The position numbers were made by a program, and so were the translations under genes. Shown here one piece after another: positions 18,082 to 26,478 of a stretch of 27,993 nt of DNA. Origin of the DNA: Candidatus Sigynarchaeum calidifontis (GTDB lineage Archaea; Asgardarchaeota; Lokiarchaeia; Sigyniarchaeales; Sigyniarchaeaceae); NCBI GenBank assembly GCA_030587475.2, contig JAUQYZ020000080.1, positions 1 through 27,993 on the forward strand. The letters run 5' to 3'. The stretch's first letter is position 1. The number at the start of each line of letters is the position of its first letter. A model generated the notes under the pieces. The model was not told the origin of the DNA, made no database searches, and saw nothing but the letters and a program-made list of their open reading frames with translations.

Positions 18082-18489
18082 ATGGGAAAGAAAGAAGCCG
18101 AGCAGAAAGCAGCGGCTGAAGCGCCTGCTGCCGCTCCTGCCAAGGGAAAGGCACCGGCCGGCAAGGGCGCGAAACCCGCAGCAGCCGCCCCGGCAAAGAA
18201 AAAGGTCAAGGGAGTTCCCAAGAAGATCTACGCGGTACAAGGCAACAAGCTCACGCGCACGAAGACCGAGTGTCCGAAGTGCGGGACGGGGTATTTTATG
18301 GCCGTGCATTACAATCGCAGGACTTGTGGGAAGTGCTCGTACACGCAATTCACGGACAAGGACGGCAACGTCCGTGGCTTCGGTGGTGCCCCGATGGGCG
18401 GCCCTGCCGGTGCCATGCGGCAATCGCGGCGGCTGGGTCGCCAGACCCAAGCCGGCGGTGGCGGCCCAGGCCCTGCCGGCGAGGAATGA
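18082..18489 (+). CDS. rps27ae: 30S ribosomal protein S27ae (eS31) with low-complexity N- and C-terminal extensions
   Basis: Core 'Y.V.GNKLTR...ECPKCG.GYFMAVHYNRRTCGKCSYT', immediately downstream of rps24e. Confidence 0.95.
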   Translation: MGKKEAEQKAAAEAPAAAPAKGKAPAGKGAKPAAAAPAKKKVKGVPKKIYAVQGNKLTRTKTECPKCGTGYFMAVHYNRRTCGKCSYTQFTDKDGNVRGFGGAPMGGPAGAMRQSRRLGRQTQAGGGGPGPAGEE

Positions 18490-18599
18490 AGCCCTCTTCC
18501 AATATCCCTGACTCATTTTCTAGAACGCCCGGATTTGTTAGCTAGCGGGATTGAATCGCCTTCTTCATTAACACGATTCACTACAGCTACGTGGTCACC

Positions 18600-19583
18600 A
18601 TGACGACATGCCTCGGCCTGGAATCGACCGCGCACACGCTCTCCGCGGGCATCGTGGACGACACCGGGCGGATCCTGGGCGTGGTGAACGACACGTACGT
18701 GCCGGACGAAGGTGGATTGCACCCGCTCAAGACATCGAACCATCACGTCGACTGCTTCCAGTCCGTGATCGAGAAAGTACTAGATCAAGCACGTATCGCG
18801 TTGAAGGCCATCGACGTGATCGCGTTCTCGCAAGGTCCCGGCCTCGGGCCATGCTTGCGCGTGGGGGCGAGCGTCGCCAGGGCACTCGCAGCATTTCTCG
18901 GCGTGCCGATCGTCGGCGTCAACCATTGCGTCGCGCACGTCGAGATCGGCAGGCTTGTATGCAAGGTCGATGACCCGCTCACGCTATACGTGAGCGGGGG
19001 GAACACGATAGTGTCGGCATTCGATTGCGGGCGATACCAGGTGTTCGGCGAGACGTTGGACATCGCCCTGGGCAACTTGCTCGACGCGTTCGCCCGCGAA
19101 GCGGGGCTCCAGCACCCCGGCGGGCCGAAGATCGAGGCCCTGGCCCGCGAGTCGACCACGTACATCGAGCTGCCGTACACGGTCAAGGGCATGGACCTTG
19201 CCCTCTCGGGCTTGCTCACGTCCGCGACCAACGCGCTGCGAAACCATCCGGTCGCGGACGTGGCATTTTCGCTGCAGGAAACAGCGTTCTCCATGGTGGC
19301 CGAGGTGACGGAACGTGCACTCGCGCATACCGAAAAGAAAGATGTCCTCGTCACGGGTGGTGTCGCCGCGAACGGCCGTTTGCAAGAGATGATACGGCTG
19401 ATATCGGAAGACCACGGGGCATCGTTCCACGCAGTGCCGCGGGCGCTTGCTGGTGACAACGGGGCCATGATCGCGTGGACAGGCCTGCTGCAATTCAAAC
19501 ATGCGGGAAGTTTATCGATGGAGAAAACATCCATTATGCCTAAATGGCGCCTGGACCAGGTTCCCATCGCGTGGAGGTCGTGA
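18600..19583 (+). CDS. kae1: KEOPS N6-threonylcarbamoyltransferase Kae1
   Basis: 'LGLESTAHT', 'FSQGPGLGPCL', 'VNHCVAHVEIG', 'LYVSGGNT', 'GETLDIALGN', 'GGVAAN', 'DNGAMIAW' and terminal 'WRLDQV.I.W'. Confidence 0.97.
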   Translation: MTTCLGLESTAHTLSAGIVDDTGRILGVVNDTYVPDEGGLHPLKTSNHHVDCFQSVIEKVLDQARIALKAIDVIAFSQGPGLGPCLRVGASVARALAAFLGVPIVGVNHCVAHVEIGRLVCKVDDPLTLYVSGGNTIVSAFDCGRYQVFGETLDIALGNLLDAFAREAGLQHPGGPKIEALARESTTYIELPYTVKGMDLALSGLLTSATNALRNHPVADVAFSLQETAFSMVAEVTERALAHTEKKDVLVTGGVAANGRLQEMIRLISEDHGASFHAVPRALAGDNGAMIAWTGLLQFKHAGSLSMEKTSIMPKWRLDQVPIAWRS

Positions 19584-19587
19584 CCGG

Positions 19588-20301
19588 ATGGAGCCGACGA
19601 ACCCAGGGACGCTGCCATCCACCGTGCCGGCCGGCGAGGTGCTGCGCAAGGGCGCCGAGGCGATCCTCGTGAAGGCGGAGTGGCTGGGCCGGGAGGCGCT
19701 GTTCAAGGTGCGCACCCGGAAAGCATACCGGATCCCGCAGATCGACGACCGGATCCGTGCCGAGCGAACCGTCACCGAGGCTCGCATCCTCGCGAGCCTC
19801 CTGAATGCGGGCATCCCGGTGCCGGGCTTGCTGGACGTGCATTTAAAGGAGGCGACGATCGTGATGGAACTCGTCCACGGGGCGCGGCTCAAGGATATCG
19901 TGACGCCACTTCGCGGCAAGCTGGCACGCATCTTCGCGCAGATCGGGACAGCAGTGGCACGTATCCATGAGTTGGACATCATCCACGGCGACCTGACGAC
20001 GTCGAACGTCATCTACGAGAGTCCACTCGATAACGACGACATCCACTTCCGGTTCATCGATTTCGGGCTCGCGCGCCACACGGCAAGCGTCGAGGACAAG
20101 AGCGTGGATATCCACTTGTTCAAGCGCGTCATCACGTCGACGCACGCGGGGGATTACGAGCGCATGTTCCCGCCGTTCATGGATGGCTACAAGGCACACC
20201 TGGAGCGGCAAGGCCGATCGAGCGATTTCAAGAAGATTGAGAGCCGACTGGAGCAGATCGAGACGCGCGGGCGATACGTGGAAAAGAGCAAGAGAAAATA
20301 G
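19588..20301 (+). CDS. bud32: KEOPS kinase/ATPase Bud32
   Basis: 'KGAEA', 'K.R..K.YR..IDDRIRAERT..EARIL', 'IIHGDLTTSN', 'IDFGL', 'EDKSVD' and 'IETRGRY'. ATG at 19588 lies 4 nt after the kae1 stop, in a different frame. Confidence 0.96.
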   Translation: MEPTNPGTLPSTVPAGEVLRKGAEAILVKAEWLGREALFKVRTRKAYRIPQIDDRIRAERTVTEARILASLLNAGIPVPGLLDVHLKEATIVMELVHGARLKDIVTPLRGKLARIFAQIGTAVARIHELDIIHGDLTTSNVIYESPLDNDDIHFRFIDFGLARHTASVEDKSVDIHLFKRVITSTHAGDYERMFPPFMDGYKAHLERQGRSSDFKKIESRLEQIETRGRYVEKSKRK

Positions 20302-20333
20302 AAATAATATATAGCTCGTGGCCAATTCTGCGT

Positions 20334-21011
20334 TTATGGCTTCTTTTCCGGGGCTGCATCCGCGACAGGGGCGTATTTCTTCCAGTTCGTGATGGCAATC
20401 AAGATGATAACGCCGAACGAGATTCCCATGATAGCCCAAACGCCCCACGTATATCCTATTGATACATACAGCTGATCGAGCAAGAATTTCAACATGATGA
20501 GGATTGCGCCAAGTAATATCGAGAACAAGATGAACCGGGCAACGATTTCCTTTTCACGCTTGTTCGGATCGCCCATGATGAGCTCGTGGAAGCCGATCTT
20601 CTTGCTGAAGAAAAGCACGAGGTAGATAAGCAAGAAGGTGATGAGCACGGACGAACCGGCGTTGTAACTAAAAATCTTCATCATGTTACTCAATGAGTTC
20701 GGATCTCCTGGTGGGCCATAAACATCTGGATCGAAGAAATGGCCAAGGGCGAGCGTGTCTGCCATGAAAAGAATGAAGCAGAACGTATTGCCCCATAATC
20801 GATCATCAGGGTGTATGAAGACTTTTTGGGTGAAGGTGGAAATAATCGACAAGAGCACCAGGACAACGAGACAACAGACTGAGACGATATATGCGTAGAA
20901 TGCTGCCGCTTGGATGACATCAACATATTGGATCAAGATGGCGACGATTAAAACAGCGAGAGCGATTCCACCAACAAAAAACTGGATGGGAATGAGACGC
21001 ATGCTTGGCAT
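20334..21011 (-). CDS. Uncharacterised membrane protein (about 6 TM)
   Basis: 225 aa with six hydrophobic segments. It fills the gap between bud32 and a divergent AT-rich spacer. Confidence 0.75.
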   Translation of the reverse strand: MPSMRLIPIQFFVGGIALAVLIVAILIQYVDVIQAAAFYAYIVSVCCLVVLVLLSIISTFTQKVFIHPDDRLWGNTFCFILFMADTLALGHFFDPDVYGPPGDPNSLSNMMKIFSYNAGSSVLITFLLIYLVLFFSKKIGFHELIMGDPNKREKEIVARFILFSILLGAILIMLKFLLDQLYVSIGYTWGVWAIMGISFGVIILIAITNWKKYAPVADAAPEKKP

Positions 21012-21132
21012 TGTATTTTCCCTTGTTGTATTGTATTTTAATCAAAACATTACTACTTCCCTCTATCATCCTCCTTGGTAAAATATTATTCGGAATGCGC
21101 TTTTCTAGTCTGCAGAAACCGGAACTCTTGCC

Positions 21133-22077
21133 GTGATCGAGATGGAACGACCGATGGACGGGAAGGCGCCAGAAACCAGGTGCCCGCAGTGCGGCCTGGT
21201 CATCAAGCTGGCGAGCCTATCGGTCGAAACATGCCCCGTTTGCGGTGCAAAGCTACCCGCCGTGCCGGCCGCTAAGAAAAGCCCTTCGGAACCAAAAGGT
21301 CCCATCATGCTCGAGCAAGCGCTGTTTAAAAGCCCCCGGGTCAAGGAATCGTGGGCACCTCGCGAGGTCTTGAGCGTTATCATGCTCACGTTCTTCGTGG
21401 TCTTGATGGTCAACTATCTAATCGTCGCTGCGGGCGAGGGCATCATCACGAGCGGCCAGTTTGATCCTGTCTTGTATTTTTCCATCAATCTGGCTGGTAT
21501 CCTCGTTGGCATTGCCCCGCTCGCTTACGTCTTGGCTAACAAGACGGGCATCAAGAAGCTCGCCTTGCATCGGATTCCTCGGGCGGAATGGCTCTGGGCT
21601 ATCGTCCTGGGCATCACGTGCGGCATCGGCCTCTATGCCTTGAATTACATGGGGCAAGTCATAAACGAAGTCACGGGGTTGGATTCTCTCGTGACGACCA
21701 CGGCGGGTGAACAAGCCGAGAAACAATACTCGGAATTCATGCTCGTCATGGAGAACCGGCTGTTTCTACTCGTCCCGGTCGCGGTCGCGCAAGTGCTGGG
21801 CGAGCTGTTCTACCGCGGTACCGTGTTGAACGGCATCATCCAGTGGTTCCAGAAACGTGTACCGCCGCTCTCCCGCTCGGCGACGAGACTGCGTGCATGG
21901 GTGCTGTCTGTCCTTTTCGGGACGCTGTTCGATTTTTCCTTGTTTTTCAATCTGACTTCGATAGTACCCAGCTTGTTCCTTCACGCGCTCGTCGGGTTGC
22001 TCTTTATCCTGACCAGGAACGTGCAAGCTGGCATGATCGCGCAGTTGATGTACATCATCCTCTTGATCATCGTTTAA
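21133..22077 (+). CDS. Zinc-ribbon + CPBP (Rce1/CAAX protease, Abi) family membrane protein, probably catalytically inactive
   Basis: N-terminal 'CPQCG...CPVCG', about 7-8 TM helices, and a CPBP-like 'GELFYRG' with downstream 'S.LF' and 'L...TRN..AG.IAQ' spacing. Confidence 0.72.
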   Translation: MIEMERPMDGKAPETRCPQCGLVIKLASLSVETCPVCGAKLPAVPAAKKSPSEPKGPIMLEQALFKSPRVKESWAPREVLSVIMLTFFVVLMVNYLIVAAGEGIITSGQFDPVLYFSINLAGILVGIAPLAYVLANKTGIKKLALHRIPRAEWLWAIVLGITCGIGLYALNYMGQVINEVTGLDSLVTTTAGEQAEKQYSEFMLVMENRLFLLVPVAVAQVLGELFYRGTVLNGIIQWFQKRVPPLSRSATRLRAWVLSVLFGTLFDFSLFFNLTSIVPSLFLHALVGLLFILTRNVQAGMIAQLMYIILLIIV

Positions 22078-22124
22078 CAGCAGCGGCGGGGTCGATAACC
22101 TGGCCAAGGACGGTTTCCACGCTC

Positions 22125-23306
22125 TCACTTGATCGTCGCGTCGATGTATCCCTTGATCAGCTGCAACGGTATCATCGTGAAGAAACTGCCCGGCTGGTGA
22201 TTCGATTTCAAGAGGATATTGCATGCCATGAGCTCGGCCATGAAGGTATTAAATTCGTTTACTATTGGTTCCATGTCTAGGGATTCGCACGTCATGTCGT
22301 AGACTTCTTTTAGTTTCCCCCGGGAAATGTAGAATTGGCCGGATGCTTCCACGTGGCCAATGATGTTATCGAGGAAGATGATCTTCTGGATGGACGCATC
22401 CGCGAAAAACTCGGCGAGTTCCAGTTCGTTGTAAGAGATCTCGGGCAACGCGTTTTTCACGCTATCCTGGATCAGGCCAAGAGATATCGAATCGGCATTT
22501 CCCTCGACGACGTGGGGGTACAAGTATTTCATGACGTTGATGCAAGGCCCCGGGCGTGCACTGTCAAACGCGACGACCGAGTCCGTGATAAATTGTCCGA
22601 CCCGCGGGTCCATTCCCGGGAAAGCAATTCTCGCGCGTTGTTCCACGATCTCGTTGAGATCGCCGATTTTATAAACGTCCAGGTCCATGCTCAGGTCCAG
22701 GTTCTCGATGAAATAGTTATTGTGCCGCATGCTCGTGGCCATGAGCAAGTTCATGCCCTGGTGTTTCAAGTTCCACGCGAGCTTGTTGAAAAAGCGCAGC
22801 GGCACGCACTCGACATTGTTGAAAAAAACGGTGTAGGCGGTGGTGGCCGCACGCTTGCGCAAGATGGCCAAGATCGCGTTCCACGTCCCGGCGACGTCGA
22901 CGGGAGATCCGGCGGGCAATCCCAGATCGATGTCCAGCTTGGCAAGGAGATCGCCCAGCAGCTGGGCCTCGTCCTTCTCGATACAGTTGATGTCGATGTT
23001 CTGCAGCCGTATCGGCGACGTGCCCACGTGTGCTTCTTGGAGCTCGTTCACCACCTTGCGGACGAGCGTGGCCTTGCCGACGCCCTTGAGCCCGTTCATC
23101 ATGACCGCCATACCACTCGTATCGGGAATATGGGAGGCAAGCTTGAGCGCGACGCTGTCCGCGAGAAATCCCTTGAGGAAACCGGCCTCCTTCGTGCGAC
23201 CGACGAGCAGCGGTGGCACGTAATGCGGGTCAAAGAGAGCCCTGTACCCCTCGAGCCGTGCTGCCTTCGTGAACTGCATGATCGAGATGGCATGGCAGCC
23301 AGGCAT
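22125..23306 (-). CDS. Cdc6/Orc1-family AAA+ protein with degenerate ATPase motifs and winged-helix C-terminus
   Basis: 'LFDPHYVP..LVGRTKE', P-loop 'GLKGVGKAT', 'DINC', 'Y...DL.EIVEQRA..AF' and WH-like 'EVY...CESLDMEP....F..FM.EL....IL'. The start may be the downstream ATG at 23279. Confidence 0.8.
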   Translation of the reverse strand: MPGCHAISIMQFTKAARLEGYRALFDPHYVPPLLVGRTKEAGFLKGFLADSVALKLASHIPDTSGMAVMMNGLKGVGKATLVRKVVNELQEAHVGTSPIRLQNIDINCIEKDEAQLLGDLLAKLDIDLGLPAGSPVDVAGTWNAILAILRKRAATTAYTVFFNNVECVPLRFFNKLAWNLKHQGMNLLMATSMRHNNYFIENLDLSMDLDVYKIGDLNEIVEQRARIAFPGMDPRVGQFITDSVVAFDSARPGPCINVMKYLYPHVVEGNADSISLGLIQDSVKNALPEISYNELELAEFFADASIQKIIFLDNIIGHVEASGQFYISRGKLKEVYDMTCESLDMEPIVNEFNTFMAELMACNILLKSNHQPGSFFTMIPLQLIKGYIDATIK

Positions 23307-23468
23307 TTAAACCCCCCGGTATCATTTCTCCGGCGGGATTCAAGACGTGGCGCTTGTTGCTCGCCTGGGCGGCCACGTCCCTTCTAGGCAATCCAAGTCT
23401 CAACTATAAGCATTAATAGCTGCACAAGGAAATATCCTTGTTGAAGCACGTGTTAATCGTGAGCACCC

Positions 23469-25055
23469 ATGGTGAGTAAGTTTCCCGAGTGTGACCTCTG
23501 TCCGACATCGAATTGTGACGATGAAAAGATAGAGATGGTGCTCCAGGATGCTGATTTCACGAAATCCTTTGTTAATCACATGTTAGAAAGCAACATCGAC
23601 GAGATTTCAAAGGATTGCTATTTCATGTCCGAGGTCATCTCCGAGAAAACCGCTCCCATGGAGATCGCCGACTTCGCATTCTGCATCTACGTGCAGCTCT
23701 CCCAACTCGTCGAGATGCCGACCGACAAGCGCATGGAGATCGGCGTGCTGTTCCGGCAAGAATTCGATCGGATGGCCGAGGACGTCAGCCAGGGACGTGA
23801 GATCGCCAAGAAAAAAACCGGTGCGGCCGCGCCTTCGAAGGAAGCGCCTGCTGCCAAGAGCGCGATCTCGTTCCAAGCGAAGGCCATTGCTGCCCCCGCC
23901 GCGGCCAAGCCGAGCGCGGTCCCGGCCAAATCGCCTGCCGTTGTTGTCCCCAAGCCCACCCCGTCGCCGCGCGTAGAGGCGACGGATTCGGTAAGCCCGG
24001 GAAGCGTCACGCAGCCGGCAAAACCCGCGATCGCCAGCTCCCCCGCGGCCAAGCTGTCGTCGCAAGTCGAAGAATCAAGTAAAGACGATGCGCGCAAGTT
24101 CCTCGCGGATCTCGAAAAAGACATCGCGGAGATCGACGCGATCTCTAGCGAGGTCGAGCAACTCATCAAGTCAGACAAGGAATTGAAGCCATTCCCTTCC
24201 GATACCGAAGGATCTGCCGGGACTCTCGATGCCCGAGTCGCCGCTGCCGAGGTTATCGCAGACGAGGTCCCAACCCCCACGGTCGTCGCTTCCGTGGCTC
24301 CTGCTCCGCGCAGAGGTGGCACCCTAGAACCCGTGATTGGCAAGTTGGCCGGCGCGCGGCCCGTGGTGACAGGCGCGATCAAGGCACCCGCTGCCACGCG
24401 GGCACCGGCGAAGCCTCGGGAGCCGGAACTCGGGTCGAAGGCCAGGCCCATCAAGCTCACGCCCGAGATGCTCGTGGGTATCGTTTCGGAAAAAGACATG
24501 GCCCGTGTCGAGAAAGGTATCAAGATCAAGCGCATCGAGGCGTCGCGACTCGCTCCAAGAGTGACAGCACCCAAGCAATTGCGAGACGGGGCCATGGCCG
24601 CTGCCGCGGCAAAGCCGGCTGGATTGCCCGAAAAAATCGAGCGGATCAACCGGCCATCCGACAAGGAAAAAGCACTGGGCGAGGAGCTTTTCTCGGCATT
24701 CCAACAAATCAAGGCTCGCGAGGAGTTACCAAGCACGTTCAACCTCGAGACCCTCGGGGTCGGCACGCGTCCCGAGGGGGAAACACATGCAAAGAAAGAT
24801 AGCCCTGGCAGCCAATTTATCGCGGACTTGTTCAAGCTCTCCCCGGAGGAAAAACCAGAACCACCGAAAGCGGCAGCCCGCCCCGCGATCGAAGACCTGA
24901 CATTGAATTTCGGCGAGGAAAAAGTACCTGCAATCGAGCAGCATGCTTCCCCGCCAACCATGGACAAGACCACTTCAAGCAAGACCTGCCCATCTTGCGG
25001 GAAAACGAATCCCGCGAAAAACGTGTTCTGTGCCAAGTGTGGCGCGAAGTTCTAA
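23469..25055 (+). CDS. Cys-motif N-terminal domain / long Pro-Ala-Lys-rich linker / C-terminal zinc ribbon protein
   Basis: N-terminal 'CDLCPTSNC', low-complexity middle region and C-terminal 'CPSCGKTNPAKNVFCAKCGAKF'. Coding-like codon usage on the + strand. Confidence 0.82.
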   Translation: MVSKFPECDLCPTSNCDDEKIEMVLQDADFTKSFVNHMLESNIDEISKDCYFMSEVISEKTAPMEIADFAFCIYVQLSQLVEMPTDKRMEIGVLFRQEFDRMAEDVSQGREIAKKKTGAAAPSKEAPAAKSAISFQAKAIAAPAAAKPSAVPAKSPAVVVPKPTPSPRVEATDSVSPGSVTQPAKPAIASSPAAKLSSQVEESSKDDARKFLADLEKDIAEIDAISSEVEQLIKSDKELKPFPSDTEGSAGTLDARVAAAEVIADEVPTPTVVASVAPAPRRGGTLEPVIGKLAGARPVVTGAIKAPAATRAPAKPREPELGSKARPIKLTPEMLVGIVSEKDMARVEKGIKIKRIEASRLAPRVTAPKQLRDGAMAAAAAKPAGLPEKIERINRPSDKEKALGEELFSAFQQIKAREELPSTFNLETLGVGTRPEGETHAKKDSPGSQFIADLFKLSPEEKPEPPKAAARPAIEDLTLNFGEEKVPAIEQHASPPTMDKTTSSKTCPSCGKTNPAKNVFCAKCGAKF

Positions 25056-25099
25056 TTGGAACGAAACTCCTTTTTACGATCCTGAGCCCGGACCTGGCT

Positions 25100-26242
25100 T
25101 CAGAGCAGCATGGTGACCAGGCAACCGATGACGGTGAGTACCACGGGGTTGATCGCGTTGTCTGCCACGGGCGGCGACAAGTAATCGATGAGGAGGAAAA
25201 CAACTGCGATGACGATGGCGACGAGCCAGCTCGTAAAGATGATCCCGCAGATGAAGGCGACGACGAAGCCGGCAATGAAGCCCTCGATGCTCTTGACCTG
25301 GTCGTATGGACGCCGAACCTCGTGGCGGCCGCACGCTTTTCCCACTATGGCAGCGGCGCCATCCGCCAGCGTCGATATCACGATGGCCGCGATCGCGATC
25401 CGGATCGCCTCGACAGCGGGGAGGATCGCGCCGAAAGCGATGCCGACGAGCCACGCGCACGTGCTGCTGATGGCAAAATAATCTTGAGCGCCTGGCCCGT
25501 TTCTCTCCTTGTCCCGGAGGACCCTTCCCAGCCGCCGTTCGACGAGCATGATGATGCTATACTTGTTACCGGCGAGCAGCCTGAACATGTCGATGAGCAT
25601 GACCAGTATCACGGTCGCGGTGAGGGCAAACAGCGTGAGCGTGACCGCTGCCTCTTCGAGGTTCGTTTCGCTGAAAAAATATGCCTCGGAAATAGGACCC
25701 CAGACATCCTCATATGCCGGACCCGCTTTCACGATAGCTTCATTTACCAGTACCGATAACAAGGGTGAAACGAGAAAATACGACACGACGACGAGAAGTC
25801 CTGCCAGATGAAATGCTTTGCGTGCCTTTTCGTGTTTGTATTTCAAGCCATCCTCGTGAGGTGCTAATGAATCGTTGGTACACGCCTTGTTTTCCGCCGG
25901 GGCACAGGCTGGTGCCGCGACGGGAGCCGGCATTCGCGGCTCCCGCAATTTCTCCTTCAAGAAAAACGCGGTCGTGATCGCCGCCCACGCCCACGTCCAC
26001 CACTGCATGAAGCCCGGATAGGGGTACGGGAACATGCCCGGGTACCGCGGGAACGGGCTGGCGAACGTGATGGCAAATGCAATGACGAAGACCTGGACAG
26101 CAGCCACCAGGGAGGAGCAGCAGCAATAGAGATGCTTTCCCTTGTTTCGCCACCCGACATACACGAGGAGGATACCAAAAAATGACATCTCGGCGAATAA
26201 CAAGGCGTTAAAGAGGTAGGGCAGCACGAACACGGTGTTCAC
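25100..26242 (-). CDS. CTP-dependent polyprenol/dolichol/diacylglycerol kinase family (Sec59/Dgk1/VTE5-like)
   Basis: 'RKAFHLAGL', 'R.KER', 'LADGAAAIVGK..G', 'KSIEG..AG' and 'DNAINP', with an extra N-terminal TM block. Confidence 0.85.
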   Translation of the reverse strand: MNTVFVLPYLFNALLFAEMSFFGILLVYVGWRNKGKHLYCCCSSLVAAVQVFVIAFAITFASPFPRYPGMFPYPYPGFMQWWTWAWAAITTAFFLKEKLREPRMPAPVAAPACAPAENKACTNDSLAPHEDGLKYKHEKARKAFHLAGLLVVVSYFLVSPLLSVLVNEAIVKAGPAYEDVWGPISEAYFFSETNLEEAAVTLTLFALTATVILVMLIDMFRLLAGNKYSIIMLVERRLGRVLRDKERNGPGAQDYFAISSTCAWLVGIAFGAILPAVEAIRIAIAAIVISTLADGAAAIVGKACGRHEVRRPYDQVKSIEGFIAGFVVAFICGIIFTSWLVAIVIAVVFLLIDYLSPPVADNAINPVVLTVIGCLVTMLL

Positions 26243-26258
26243 GCATCCCGATGAAGCA

Positions 26259-26450
26259 TCATCTGACCTTCAACGCGTACTTGCCGGCTTCCTTGATGTT
26301 CAGCCGCTTGGCGATCTCGGACTTGGCCGGGTCGATGATGATGACCACCGACGTGAAATCGTCGGAAAGCGTGTATGTCTTGCATCGCGGGCACGTTTGC
26401 TGGCCGGTCGAGATGAGGCCGCATGTCCGGCATGCTTTCTCGGTTCCCAT
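26259..26450 (-). CDS. spt4: Transcription elongation factor Spt4 (RpoE'')
   Basis: 'EKACRTC..I.....CPRC.....S.DF...VIIIDP.KSEIAKRLNI...GKYALKVR', directly downstream of rpoE1. Confidence 0.96.
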   Translation of the reverse strand: MGTEKACRTCGLISTGQQTCPRCKTYTLSDDFTSVVIIIDPAKSEIAKRLNIKEAGKYALKVR

Positions 26451-26478
26451 GATCGTTCACGAGCAAAGATTCCCTGGT

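Noticed and set aside
18600-20301. Kae1-Bud32 fusion through UGA readthrough or selenocysteine
   Set aside because: Bud32 is in a different frame from Kae1 and has its own ATG at 19588. Kae1 ends at its normal C-terminus.
23307-23345. Possible ORB/replication origin upstream of the Cdc6-like gene (G-string GGGGGGT on the minus strand)
   Set aside because: Single copy, poor match to the TCCA-N-GAAAC core, no repeats, no long AT-rich unwinding element, and the spacer is only about 160 bp.
22335-23387. 350 aa + strand ORF
   Set aside because: Antisense to the Cdc6-like gene with no motif. Long shadow ORFs are expected with this GC3 bias.
23687-25036. 449 aa minus strand ORF
   Set aside because: Antisense shadow of the Pro/Ala-rich zinc-ribbon gene. 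Its Ser/Gly/Ala composition mirrors the sense codons.
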